Assembly: GCA_963766075.1 (NCBI GenBank) | Contig: CAVYAN010000072.1 | Span: 190,342-254,341 of the forward strand | From: an uncultured cyanobacterium | Lineage (GTDB): Bacteria > Cyanobacteriota > Cyanobacteriia > Leptolyngbyales > Leptolyngbyaceae | Direction: 5' to 3' | DNA length: 64,000 bases | Program-made: the position numbers and the translations under genes | Shown here: positions 22,876-32,065 of the stretch, piece after piece | Numbering within the stretch: position 1 is the first letter of the stretch | Layout: each line of letters begins with the position of its first letter | Notes under the pieces: generated by a model | Database searches by the model: none | What the model saw: only the letters and a program-made list of their open reading frames with translations | Told to the model about the DNA's origin: nothing

Positions 22876-24189
22876 CTATTTCAAATCGATCTCGGCTTCT
22901 GCAGGCATTCCTGGCTTGGCATAATCGTGGTCTTGATCAATGGCTAGCTTGATGCCAAAGACTTGGCGAACCCGATCCTTCTTAAAGTAGATATTTTCGG
23001 GCGTAAATGAGGCTTTGGTATCAATCGCGCTAATTTTTGCGGACAGCGGCGGCTGCGAGTCCGAATCCAGGATCACCCGTGCTGGTTTGCCAACATAGAT
23101 TTTACTCAGGTCACCCTCCGGCACATAGGCCCGCAGGTACACCGCCTTCGGATTAATCACCGTCAGCAGGGTTTTGCCCGTGGCCACCACGGCTCCCGGT
23201 TCCAGAGGACGTGATTGCACCACGCCATCAATCGGCGAGGTGATTTTGAAGGAATCGAGGCGTTTTTGGAGCTGCTGCTGATTGGCAACAGCACTTTGGA
23301 CCTTAGCTTGGGCAGCAGCAAATTTGGCGTAGGCCTGCTCCTTTTGCTGCTGATAGGCTGCCAGTTGGCTGCTGCGAATGGTGGGGTTGAGTTGGGTGGA
23401 TTGGGTTTGGGTGAGGCTGCCCTGGGAGGCGGTCAGTTGGTCGGCGGCGGTTTTGACAGCAGCAAGGCGAACGGCGAGCTGGGCCTGGGCGGTGTCGAGG
23501 TTGGCCTGGGCCGTTTCCGCTTTGGTTTGGGCTTGGTCGTATTGCTGGCGATTAATCGCACCTTCGCCCACGAGTTGCTGGTAGCGATCGCGATCCTTGA
23601 GGGCCAATTGCAACTCGGATTGCGCTTGTTTAATTTGGGCCTGGGCTTCTCCCACCTGGGCTTGGGCCTGGGCCAGTTGAGACTTGACGGCGGAGACCGT
23701 AGAACTGGCTTGATCCATTCGTCCTCGGGAGTCTCCCTGGGACTGCTCCAGGTTGGCCGCTGACTCTTGAATGCGGCTTTCAGCGACCGCGACCTCCAGC
23801 TTGGCTTGCGCGGCTTCCTGCTTCGCGGCACTCACTTGGGCCGTAGCTGACCGCAGTTGTTCATTGACTTCCAAGTCCTCGATTTGGGCGACCACCTGTC
23901 CGGCTTTCACCATGTCGCCTTCGTGCACCAGGATGGCGGCAATGCGTCCCCCCGTTTTAGCGCCAATGTCCGTTTCGTCTGCTTCAATCCGTCCGCTAAT
24001 TTGCAGACGATTCGCCGCCGCTTGCCCCGCAAAATAGTGCCAGCCGAAATAGCTGGCGACCAACCCGGCCCCAATTAGCAGCAGGATGCGCGGGTTAGGA
24101 GCGACGCTGACGGCGGGGGCACTGATTCGGGAGCCGTGCGGCGCTACGGGAACAGTCGTCGATTCGGGAGAAGAAACACTCTGAGTCAT
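22876..24189 (-). CDS. HlyD-family efflux adaptor (YbhG-like)
   Basis: N-terminal TM, SGRIEADE, long coiled coil, ASFTPENIYFKKDRV. Confidence 0.9.
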   Translation of the reverse strand: MTQSVSSPESTTVPVAPHGSRISAPAVSVAPNPRILLLIGAGLVASYFGWHYFAGQAAANRLQISGRIEADETDIGAKTGGRIAAILVHEGDMVKAGQVVAQIEDLEVNEQLRSATAQVSAAKQEAAQAKLEVAVAESRIQESAANLEQSQGDSRGRMDQASSTVSAVKSQLAQAQAQVGEAQAQIKQAQSELQLALKDRDRYQQLVGEGAINRQQYDQAQTKAETAQANLDTAQAQLAVRLAAVKTAADQLTASQGSLTQTQSTQLNPTIRSSQLAAYQQQKEQAYAKFAAAQAKVQSAVANQQQLQKRLDSFKITSPIDGVVQSRPLEPGAVVATGKTLLTVINPKAVYLRAYVPEGDLSKIYVGKPARVILDSDSQPPLSAKISAIDTKASFTPENIYFKKDRVRQVFGIKLAIDQDHDYAKPGMPAEAEIDLK

Positions 24190-24233
24190 ATGCTGCCACC
24201 CTTAGCCGTGTAACGTTACTGCCATCATAGGGC

Positions 24234-24262
24234 TTATCATACTAGACAGTCTAGTATGATAA
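24234..24262. promoter_or_regulatory. Probable TetR operator between the divergent tetR and hlyD genes
   Basis: Perfect palindrome TTATCATACTAGAC-A-GTCTAGTATGATAA in the divergent intergenic region. Confidence 0.75.
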
Positions 24263-24323
24263 AGGGACTGGGGAAAAGTTAATGTGGTTAACTTGAATTC
24301 CCCCCGGTGATTAAACTTGGCCT

Positions 24324-25004
24324 ATGCCTAACCCGAATGCTTCCCCTCAAACTTCTAGTCTGGTCGCTGGTCTGGCCGCTGGTCCGGCCTCTTGCCTAGA
24401 GGACACGACGATTCCCGCCTATACCCCCAAGCAAGAGGCCATTTTGCAGGGGGCAGTGCGGCTCTTTTTGCGATCGGGCTATGCGGGTACCAGCATGGAT
24501 CGGGTGGCGGCGGAGGCGGGGGTGTCCAAGCAGACGATCTACAGCCACTTTCAAGATAAGGAAGGTCTGTTTCAAGCGCTGATGGAACGGATGACGATTC
24601 GGCGGTTTCAGGCGGCTTTCCAGATGGCGACGCTCCACGGGGATCCGGAGGTGCTGCTGCGCCAGTTTGCGGAAGCCTATCTCAATAAAATCGTGGATGA
24701 CGAATATGTGTCGTTGCTGCGTCTAATTTTAGCCGAGTCCGCGCGGTTTCCCCATTTGGCCAAGCTCTATAGCCGGACCGTGATCCAGCAAGGACGGCAG
24801 TTGGTTGCGGATTACTTTCGAGGTCACCCGGAGTTAGGCTTTACGGATCCGGAAGCGATCGCCCAAGTTTTTGTCGGCGCGCTGGTGTCCTATGTGATTG
24901 CCCAAGAGATTTTTTATGGGAAAGAAACGATTCCCCTATCCCGCGATCGCTTAATCGACAGTTTGATGAGCTTGATGTTGGGCGATCGCAAAACTCCGCT
25001 GTAG
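24324..25004 (+). CDS. TetR/AcrR family transcriptional regulator
   Basis: GYAGTSMDRVAAEAGVSKQTIYSHFQDKE HTH. Confidence 0.93.
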   Translation: MPNPNASPQTSSLVAGLAAGPASCLEDTTIPAYTPKQEAILQGAVRLFLRSGYAGTSMDRVAAEAGVSKQTIYSHFQDKEGLFQALMERMTIRRFQAAFQMATLHGDPEVLLRQFAEAYLNKIVDDEYVSLLRLILAESARFPHLAKLYSRTVIQQGRQLVADYFRGHPELGFTDPEAIAQVFVGALVSYVIAQEIFYGKETIPLSRDRLIDSLMSLMLGDRKTPL

Positions 25005-25131
25005 GAAATATTTCATTGTAAAAAGAGATAAAATCGAACCCATCCCGCTCGTTCTATTGGCAAGCTCGCGACAGAACTTGGATAATAGCAAGGAGACAGC
25101 GCTAGGGACACCGGGCCAGAGGAGCGACGCC

Positions 25132-28100
25132 GTGATTGAGCTGGGTGGGTTGGTGAATACCCTTCTAGGGTTTGGTACGGCGATCGCCAAGGACCGACTG
25201 CAACGCAGTGAGCTGGTGATCACGCTGCTGAAGAGTTTGGGCTTGGACCCGGATCATCCCCCGGCGGATTTTACGGCGGTGTATCAGTATGCGCTGGTGG
25301 AGTATGGGGTGGGCAAGCCTAAACCCGTGCTGGACATTTTTCGGCAGGTGGAAATTCAGCAGATTTTTCGGCGGGCTTTGGACCAGAACAATCCGGCGCT
25401 ATTGCTGAAGGAAGGCGAAGCCTTTCTGGCGGAACATACACTGGGGGACGAACTGCAAGCCCTGGGGCTGAATGCCCAGCGGGAGCTGTATGGGTTTGCG
25501 GCGGTGTTTTTGGAGATTGCTAAGCGGACCCGCACTCCGGCGGAGGTGCTGACCAATCAGCGCTTGGACTCGTTGCATCGGCAGTTGGGCACGATGCAGG
25601 AGCGGCTGAATCGGTTGCCGACACTTGAAGGGATTCGCACGGAGATGGCGCGGTTGGCGGAGCAGGGGGTGCCCGCGGCCTCCGAGTCGAGTGCGGCGCA
25701 GCAATGTCGGGCCTTTGCCTTGGCGCAGCAGATGCGGGGCTGGTTCGAGACGCTGGGCTATCGGTTTGAGCCGACGGAGGTGTGGGCGGATGATTATTTT
25801 GAGTGGATTCTGAATATTCCGGTGCGGCGGAATCGGTTTGATCGCATCCTGGTGCGGGGGATTGCCGGGGAGGCAGGACTGCGGGATGTGCTGGCGTTGG
25901 GGAATTCGGTGGCGACGCAGCGGACGGATGAGGGCTGGCTGGTGACGGCGCGGCGGATTAGTCGGGCGGCGCGGGATGCGGTGGAGCAGCCGGAAAATCG
26001 GCATTTGGACTGTTACACCTTTGATGAATTGGTGGATTTGGATGCGGATTTTAGTGGCTATATTGCGTGGTTAGAGGCGGAGATTTTGCGGCGGGGAGTG
26101 GCGACGCAGTATGTGCCGTTGGCCTGTGCCAAGGAAGAGTTGGATCCGGTGACGAAGCAGCGGGTGACGGTGAGTCGCTACGATGAGCGGGACGGCTGGA
26201 TTGATGGCTACTGCGATCGCTGGCTGGACGATTCCACGAAGGAACATATTTCGGTGCTGGGGGAGTTTGGCACGGGCAAGACCTGGTTTGCTTTTCACTA
26301 TGCCCAGGTAGCGTTGCAGCGGTATCAGGAGGCGAAGGAGCGGGGCACGCAGCGGCCAAGGCTGCCGCTGGTGATTACGCTGCGGGACTATGCCAAGGCG
26401 TTGAATGTGGAAAATGTGCTGGCGGGGTTCTTTTTTACCCAGCACAATATTCGGCTGAATAGTGAGGTGTTTGATCAGCTCAACCGCATGGGCAAGCTGC
26501 TGCTGATTTTTGATGGCTTTGATGAGATGGCGGCCAAGGTCGATCGCCAGCAGATGATTAACAACTTTTGGGAGTTGGCCAAGGTGGTGGTGCCGGGTGC
26601 AAAGGTGATCCTGACTTGCCGGACGGAGCATTTCCCAGAGGCGCAGGATGGGCGGGCGCTGCTGAATGCGGAGTTGCAGGCTTCGACGGCGAATTTGACC
26701 GGGGAAACGCCGCAGTTTGAGGTGTTGGAGCTGGAGAAGTTTACCGATGAGCAGATTCGGCAGGTGTTGGCGTTTCAGGCGACGGCGGCGACGGTGGAGC
26801 AGGTGATGGGGAATCCGCAGTTGCTGGATTTGGCGCGGCGGCCGGTGATGACGGAGTTGATTTTGGAGGCGTTGCCGGATATTGAGGCGGGGAAGCCGGT
26901 GGATATGTCGCGGGTGTATTTGTATGCGGTGCGGCGCAAGATGGAGCGGGATATTAAGGCGGAGCGGACGTTTACGTCGTTGGCGGATAAGCTCTACTTT
27001 ATGTGTGAGTTGTCGTGGGAGATGCTGTCTACGGATCAGATGAGTTTGAATTATCGGGAGTTTCCGGATCGGATTCGCAAGCTGTTTGGGGCGATGGTGC
27101 AGGAGGAGAAAGACCTGGATCACTGGCACTACGACATGATGGGCCAAACAATGCTGATCCGCAATGCCGATGGGGATTACACGCCCGCCCACCGTTCGCT
27201 CTTGGAGTTCTTTGTCGCCTACAAATTTGCAGCAGAATTAGGGGCCTTGGCTCCGGATTTTCTGGAGTTGGCGCAGATGCAATCGGATGTGGATTCGTCG
27301 TTGCCTGCGCGGGAGTATACGTGGTCGGAATATTTTGGACAGAGAGAGGGCGGTATTGCGCCGCTACAAGGATTTGTTAGTGAGAGTTTGGAAGTGTTGC
27401 GATCGGGCTTTGGTAATGCACCAATTACCAAAGCTGTTATAGATTTACTAACACCTATTATTTTCAGTAAAATCCCACTAATTTATTTGACTGCCCACCA
27501 AAGAATACTAGTTAATATCTTGAAATCAACACAGCAAAAAAATAGAAATGATGTCGGTTATGTAGGTGGCAATGTAGCAACGCTTCTTGTAAGTCATGAC
27601 AAGTACGTACTTATTCGTCAAGATTTGAGTAACACCATAATACAAGCAGCAAATTTTGAAAACAGCATCTTACGCCTTACTGATTTTACGCAATCAGATT
27701 TAACTAATTGTAATTTTACGAAGATATTTGGAAAAGTTTCAACAATAGCCTTTAGTCCTGATGGTGTTTTTCTAGCTATAGGAGATAGTCATAATATAAT
27801 TCGTTTGTTGGAAGTGGCCACAGGCCAAGAGGTCGCGACTTTATGTGGCCATGCTAGTTGGGTTTATTCATTAATTTTCAGCCCAGATGGATTATTACTC
27901 GCTAGTGGCAGCTATGACCAAACAGTAAAGATTTGGAATATCGAAATCGGTAAATGTGTCAAAACTCTATCTGGCCATACTGACTGGGTTCGTTCGGTTA
28001 AATTCAGTCCAAATGGAGAATCCATAGCCAGTGTTAGTTCAGAAATTTTACTTTGGGACGTTCATTCGGGTGAGTGCTTACAGAAATTTTTGGGACATGA

Positions 28101-29595
28101 AAGTTGGATATATTCAGTAGATTTTAGTCCTTGTGGAAAAAACATAGCAAGTGCTAGTTATGACCAAACAGTAAGATTATGGGATACCTTAACTGGTGAA
28201 TGCTACCAGATCTTAAAAGGTCATTCTGGTTCTATACAATCTGTCGCTTTTAGTCAATCTGGGGAACTGTTGGCGAGTGGAGGTGAAACCATCAGATTAT
28301 GGGATTTAAATACGGGTAGATGTCTGCATGTTCTAGAGGAGCATACACAGGCGGTGTGGTCACTCGCCTTTTCTCATACAACAAGATTATTAGCTAGTGC
28401 TAGTGCTGATCAAAGCGTCAAGCTCTGGGATATCTCGACTGGGCAATGTCTTCAGACCCTAAAAGGACACACAGATCGAGTATATGCAGTAGCATTCCAT
28501 CCCTCTGATGAAATATTTGCTAGTGGTAGTCATGACGGCACAATCCGTTTCTGGAGTAGTCTAACTGGCGAATGTTTAAAAGTTCTCCAAGGTTACACTG
28601 ACGGTGTGTGCGAACTTAGCTTTAGCACAGATGGTGCTCACATAGCCCTTGGTGGTACAAATAAGCTAATTAAAGTATGGCAAGTATGGGTTGATCCGAC
28701 TCTTAGCAAATGCACATTACGTAAACCGCAGGAATTTTCAGGTTATAAGGGGTGGGTTCAAGGAGTGGATTTCAGCCCAGATAATACGATGCTTGTAGGC
28801 GGGGGGCAGGAGATTAAGATATGGGATCTGAGTAGTGGTAAATGCTTAAAAACATTTCAAGGGCATAACGACTTAACTCTTTCCACACGGTTTAACTCAT
28901 TAGGAGATATTCTTGCTACCGGTGGAGATGATTCTCAGGTTAAGCTATGGTCTGTAGAGACGGGTGAATGTCTTAAGGTGATGAAAGGACACACCAACCG
29001 CGTTTGGAAGGTCATATTTAATTCTAATGATCAAGTATTAGCTAGTTGCAGTTCAGATGAAACCATCAGAATTTGGGATGTTGCATCTGGTCGATGTCTG
29101 TCCATATTTAAAGAACATTTAAGGCACATTTATTCTTTAGCATTTAGCCCCAGAAATGACATTTTAGCTAGTGGTGGTGATGACCGAATAGTACGAATTT
29201 GGGATGTTAAAAATCAGCGATGTATAGCATCTTTTTCAGGGCATAGTAAGCCTATTTCGGCATTAAGTTTCTCATTTAGAGATGGAGTTCTTGCTAGTGG
29301 TTCGGATGACTCCACTATTAGAATTTGGAACATTCGCACAGGTCAATGTCTCCAGATTTTAAGCGGACATACCAACTCTGTACATGCACTAGCTTTTAAT
29401 CCTCGAAATGGCATTCTAGCTAGTGGTAGTTTTGATGGATGCGTCAGATTTTGGAATGTGAAAACAGGAGAATGTCTATTCAATTTAACGGATCGCCCCT
29501 ACGAAGGCATGACCATCACCGGAGTCAAAGGCTTAACCGAAGCTGAGAAAGCCACACTCAGAGCACTGGGAGCGGTGGAGGATCCTAATGTTTGA
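25132..29595 (+). CDS. NACHT (STAND) NTPase with N-terminal helical and REase-like regions, short pentapeptide repeat and WD40 repeats
   Basis: Walker A GEFGTGKT; Walker B LLIFDGFDE; ILTCR; HRSLLEFF; WD40 repeats; tail DRPYEGMTITGVKGLTEAEKATLRALGAVE. GTG start at 25132 follows AGGAG. Confidence 0.92.
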   Translation: MIELGGLVNTLLGFGTAIAKDRLQRSELVITLLKSLGLDPDHPPADFTAVYQYALVEYGVGKPKPVLDIFRQVEIQQIFRRALDQNNPALLLKEGEAFLAEHTLGDELQALGLNAQRELYGFAAVFLEIAKRTRTPAEVLTNQRLDSLHRQLGTMQERLNRLPTLEGIRTEMARLAEQGVPAASESSAAQQCRAFALAQQMRGWFETLGYRFEPTEVWADDYFEWILNIPVRRNRFDRILVRGIAGEAGLRDVLALGNSVATQRTDEGWLVTARRISRAARDAVEQPENRHLDCYTFDELVDLDADFSGYIAWLEAEILRRGVATQYVPLACAKEELDPVTKQRVTVSRYDERDGWIDGYCDRWLDDSTKEHISVLGEFGTGKTWFAFHYAQVALQRYQEAKERGTQRPRLPLVITLRDYAKALNVENVLAGFFFTQHNIRLNSEVFDQLNRMGKLLLIFDGFDEMAAKVDRQQMINNFWELAKVVVPGAKVILTCRTEHFPEAQDGRALLNAELQASTANLTGETPQFEVLELEKFTDEQIRQVLAFQATAATVEQVMGNPQLLDLARRPVMTELILEALPDIEAGKPVDMSRVYLYAVRRKMERDIKAERTFTSLADKLYFMCELSWEMLSTDQMSLNYREFPDRIRKLFGAMVQEEKDLDHWHYDMMGQTMLIRNADGDYTPAHRSLLEFFVAYKFAAELGALAPDFLELAQMQSDVDSSLPAREYTWSEYFGQREGGIAPLQGFVSESLEVLRSGFGNAPITKAVIDLLTPIIFSKIPLIYLTAHQRILVNILKSTQQKNRNDVGYVGGNVATLLVSHDKYVLIRQDLSNTIIQAANFENSILRLTDFTQSDLTNCNFTKIFGKVSTIAFSPDGVFLAIGDSHNIIRLLEVATGQEVATLCGHASWVYSLIFSPDGLLLASGSYDQTVKIWNIEIGKCVKTLSGHTDWVRSVKFSPNGESIASVSSEILLWDVHSGECLQKFLGHESWIYSVDFSPCGKNIASASYDQTVRLWDTLTGECYQILKGHSGSIQSVAFSQSGELLASGGETIRLWDLNTGRCLHVLEEHTQAVWSLAFSHTTRLLASASADQSVKLWDISTGQCLQTLKGHTDRVYAVAFHPSDEIFASGSHDGTIRFWSSLTGECLKVLQGYTDGVCELSFSTDGAHIALGGTNKLIKVWQVWVDPTLSKCTLRKPQEFSGYKGWVQGVDFSPDNTMLVGGGQEIKIWDLSSGKCLKTFQGHNDLTLSTRFNSLGDILATGGDDSQVKLWSVETGECLKVMKGHTNRVWKVIFNSNDQVLASCSSDETIRIWDVASGRCLSIFKEHLRHIYSLAFSPRNDILASGGDDRIVRIWDVKNQRCIASFSGHSKPISALSFSFRDGVLASGSDDSTIRIWNIRTGQCLQILSGHTNSVHALAFNPRNGILASGSFDGCVRFWNVKTGECLFNLTDRPYEGMTITGVKGLTEAEKATLRALGAVEDPNV
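29491..29590 (+). repeat. Gene-tail repeat copy 1 (native 3' end of the NACHT-WD40 gene)
   Basis: GATCGCCCCTACGAAGGCATGACCATCACCGGAGTCAAAGGCTTAACCGAAGCTGAGAAAGCCACACTCAGAGCACTGGGAGCGGTGGAG. Confidence 0.95.
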
Positions 29596-29887
29596 AATCC
29601 TGACTCCCCTACATTTTACGGTCAGAACTTCAGCAACCTACTGGCAAAAACTAATTGTCAAACATCCTGACATTGCCGAGTTATGCGATCTTGTCCAAGA
29701 AACCCTTCGCGACCCTGACGAAATTCGTCGCAGCAGCCATGACCCCAACGTTCTTCTATTTTATCGATCGCACCGCGAAAACCGCTGGGTCGTAGCCGTT
29801 GCCCGAAAACTCAACGGAGACGGCTTCCTGATCACCGCCTATCAAACCGACGCAATCAAAGAAGGAGAATCAATATGGCACAGATAA
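29588..29887 (+). CDS. Putative toxin, DUF4258-like, cassette 1
   Basis: 99 aa with KHP, PDEIRRS and FLITAY; overlaps the next small acidic gene. Confidence 0.7.
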   Translation: MFEILTPLHFTVRTSATYWQKLIVKHPDIAELCDLVQETLRDPDEIRRSSHDPNVLLFYRSHRENRWVVAVARKLNGDGFLITAYQTDAIKEGESIWHR

Positions 29888-30108
29888 AAGTCTTTTACGA
29901 ACCCGAAATGGAACTCCTCACCATCTTTTGGCAAACCCCCAGAACCCATCAAATTTGCACCGAACTCGGCGATGGCGTAATTCTGATCAAAGATGCCAAC
30001 ACGGGTGAACCGCTAGGCTTAGAACTACTCTCCTATCATCCAGGGGATAGCCGATTTGATACGGTCAGCGTCGAAATTGGCCAGTCATCCAGCCCCGCAA
30101 TAGTATGA
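29875..30108 (+). CDS. Putative antitoxin, DUF2283-like, cassette 1
   Basis: 77 aa, KVFYEPEMELLTIFW...GEPLGLELL. Confidence 0.7.
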   Translation: MAQIKVFYEPEMELLTIFWQTPRTHQICTELGDGVILIKDANTGEPLGLELLSYHPGDSRFDTVSVEIGQSSSPAIV

Positions 30109-30200
30109 ACAACACGGTCGTCAAAGGCTTAACCGAAGCCGAGAAAACCACCCTCAAAGCCCTGGGAGCAGTGGAGGATAGCAGCAGCATGAATGATTAG
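30105..30200 (+). repeat. Gene-tail repeat copy 2 (reads MNNTVVKGLTEAEKTTLKALGAVEDSSSMND*)
   Basis: GTCAAAGGCTTAACCGAAGCCGAGAAAACCACCCTCAAAGCCCTGGGAGCAGTGGAGGAT. Confidence 0.93.
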
Positions 30201-30217
30201 ATGCAGGAGAATCAATA

Positions 30218-30409
30218 TTGTCAAAGAAATCATTTCGTAAATCAGTTGAAAGCATTCGAGATCAGATCAATCGCCATTATCAAAAAATCGCCGACGAGCA
30301 AACCAAAGAAAACCCTGATGAAAACCTGATTCACTATTGGCACAAAGAAATCGCAGGATTAGAAAAAAGTCTCGCAAAAGCTGAAAAAAGATTAAGGAGA
30401 GGACAATGA
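30218..30409 (+). CDS. Small basic hypothetical protein, cassette 2
   Basis: 63 aa, TTG start after AGGAG; overlaps the next gene by ATGA. Confidence 0.65.
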   Translation: MSKKSFRKSVESIRDQINRHYQKIADEQTKENPDENLIHYWHKEIAGLEKSLAKAEKRLRRGQ

Positions 30410-30654
30410 TTTCCACACTAAAAGCATCATCAGTCAATATCAATCCAACGCTACTCACGTTACTCGCAGAACTAGAGGAAGAATGTACCCAAGTACAGTC
30501 GCTCCTCACCCAGCTCAAACTCTCAACTCTCAGCGATGATCAAAAAGGGGACATCCTAGCGGCACTCGTCGGCTCCATCTGTCATCTCCATGTTCACACC
30601 GAAGACTTGCCCGATCTGATCCAAGATGAAATTGCCACACTTCCAGATGAATAG
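30406..30654 (+). CDS. Small acidic hypothetical protein, cassette 2
   Basis: 82 aa, translationally coupled; its stop codon overlaps the HIP1 site of the next repeat. Confidence 0.65.
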   Translation: MISTLKASSVNINPTLLTLLAELEEECTQVQSLLTQLKLSTLSDDQKGDILAALVGSICHLHVHTEDLPDLIQDEIATLPDE

Positions 30655-30755
30655 CGATCGCCCCTACGAAGGCATGAACATCACCGGAGTCAAAGGCTTA
30701 ACCGAAGCCGAGAAAGCCACCCTCAAAGCCCTGGGAGCCGTGGAGGATCCTAATG
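30654..30755 (+). repeat. Gene-tail repeat copy 3 (starts at HIP1)
   Basis: GCGATCGCCCCTACGAAGGCATGAACATCACCGGAGTCAAAGGCTTAACCGAAGCCGAGAAAGCCACCCTCAAAGCCCTGGGAGCCGTGGAGGATCCTAATG. Confidence 0.95.
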
Positions 30756-31052
30756 TTTGAAATCTTGACTCCCCTACATTTTACGGTCAGAACTTCAGCA
30801 ACCTACTGGCAAAAACTAATTGTCAAACATCCTGATATCGCTGAGTTATGTAATCTGGTCCAAGAAACCCTCCGTGACCCTGACGAAATTCGTCGCAGTA
30901 GTCACGACCCCAACGTTCTCCTGTTTTATCGATCGCACCGCGAAAACCGCTGGGTCGTAGCCGTTGCTCGAAAACTCAACGGAGATGGCTTCCTGATCAC
31001 CGCCTACCAAACCGACGCAATCAAAGAAGGAGAATCCATATGGCACAGATAA
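30753..31052 (+). CDS. Putative toxin, DUF4258-like, cassette 3 (paralog of 29588-29887)
   Basis: One amino acid differs from the cassette 1 toxin. Confidence 0.7.
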   Translation: MFEILTPLHFTVRTSATYWQKLIVKHPDIAELCNLVQETLRDPDEIRRSSHDPNVLLFYRSHRENRWVVAVARKLNGDGFLITAYQTDAIKEGESIWHR

Positions 31053-31273
31053 AAGTCTTCTACGAACCCGAAATGGAACTCCTCACCGTCTTTTGGCAAA
31101 CCCCCAGAACCAATCAAATTTGCACCGAACTTGGTGATGGCGTAATTCTGATCAAAGATGCCAATACCGGTGAGCCGCTGGGCTTAGAACTACTCTCCTA
31201 TCATCCGGGGGATAGCCGATTTGATACAGTCAGTGTCGAAATTGGCCAGTCATCCAGCCCCGCAATAGTATGA
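31040..31273 (+). CDS. Putative antitoxin, DUF2283-like, cassette 3
   Basis: Two amino acids differ from 29875-30108. Confidence 0.7.
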   Translation: MAQIKVFYEPEMELLTVFWQTPRTNQICTELGDGVILIKDANTGEPLGLELLSYHPGDSRFDTVSVEIGQSSSPAIV

Positions 31274-31350
31274 ACCTCACCGGAGTCAAAGGCTTAACCG
31301 AAGCCGAGAAAGCCACACTCAAAGCCCTGGGCGCGGTGGAGAATGAATAA
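31270..31350 (+). repeat. Gene-tail repeat copy 4 (reads MNLTGVKGLTEAEKATLKALGAVENE*)
   Basis: ATGAACCTCACCGGAGTCAAAGGCTTAACCGAAGCCGAGAAAGCCACACTCAAAGCCCTGGGCGCGGTGGAGAAT. Confidence 0.95.
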
Positions 31351-31403
31351 TTAAAAATTAAAAATGTAAAATTAAAAAATGTGTAGCTAGGAGTTTAGCA
31401 AAT

Positions 31404-31631
31404 ATGACGACTCTTGAGAAAATCAAACAGGATCTCAACCAACTAGATGAGTGGCAACTTCAGCAAGTTGCTGAATTTATTGAATCTGTCCGATCGCAAC
31501 CAGAACAAATTGCCTGCGATCGCAAGCACATCTTAGAATTCCTCGCCCAGGTCCGGAGTCGTCATCCGTCACGGGCGATCGCAGAAATTGATCATGATCT
31601 CCAGCAGGAGCGCAACTCATGGGACAGTTAG
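31404..31631 (+). CDS. Antitoxin (VapB-like), cassette 4
   Basis: 75 aa ending ERNSWDS, overlapping the PIN toxin start. Confidence 0.7.
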   Translation: MTTLEKIKQDLNQLDEWQLQQVAEFIESVRSQPEQIACDRKHILEFLAQVRSRHPSRAIAEIDHDLQQERNSWDS

Positions 31632-32062
31632 TCTTGCCCCCATCAGCGATCGTCTATATCGATACCGCGATCCTCATTTATACAGTCGAAGCAAATCCAA
31701 CGTACTTCACAGCCCTGCAACCACTGTGGCAACAGTTTCAAGCGGGCAACATAGAAATCATCACCAGCGAATTAACCTTGATGGAGACCTTGGTCATGCC
31801 ACTCAGAAATTCTGACCCCATATTGGCCTCTGATTATGAACAAATCCTAACTTCCTCTGAAATTCAACTACTCCCAATCACTCCATCAATCCTTAAAGCG
31901 GCCGCCCATATCAGAGCCACAAAAAACTTAAAAACACCAGATGCCATCCATGCCAGTACTGCTATAAAGCATTCCTGTACTGTTTTTCTAACGAACGATA
32001 GAGGTTTTCAAGATACACCAAATCTACCCGTAATGATTCTCAGCGAAATTATCCAATCATGA
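31619..32062 (+). CDS. vapC: PIN-domain toxin, VapC family, cassette 4
   Basis: YIDTAILIY, SELTLME, KTPDAIHASTA, FLTND. Confidence 0.9.
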   Translation: MGQLVLPPSAIVYIDTAILIYTVEANPTYFTALQPLWQQFQAGNIEIITSELTLMETLVMPLRNSDPILASDYEQILTSSEIQLLPITPSILKAAAHIRATKNLKTPDAIHASTAIKHSCTVFLTNDRGFQDTPNLPVMILSEIIQS

Positions 32063-32065
32063 AAA

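Noticed and set aside
26071..27192. Long antisense ORFs (e.g. 26071-27192, 8455-9231, 49384-50043, most of 42315-43121)
   Set aside because: Shadow frames of GC-rich real genes with no motifs. Only the last ~40 codons of 42315-43121 are meaningful, as the orphan gene tail.
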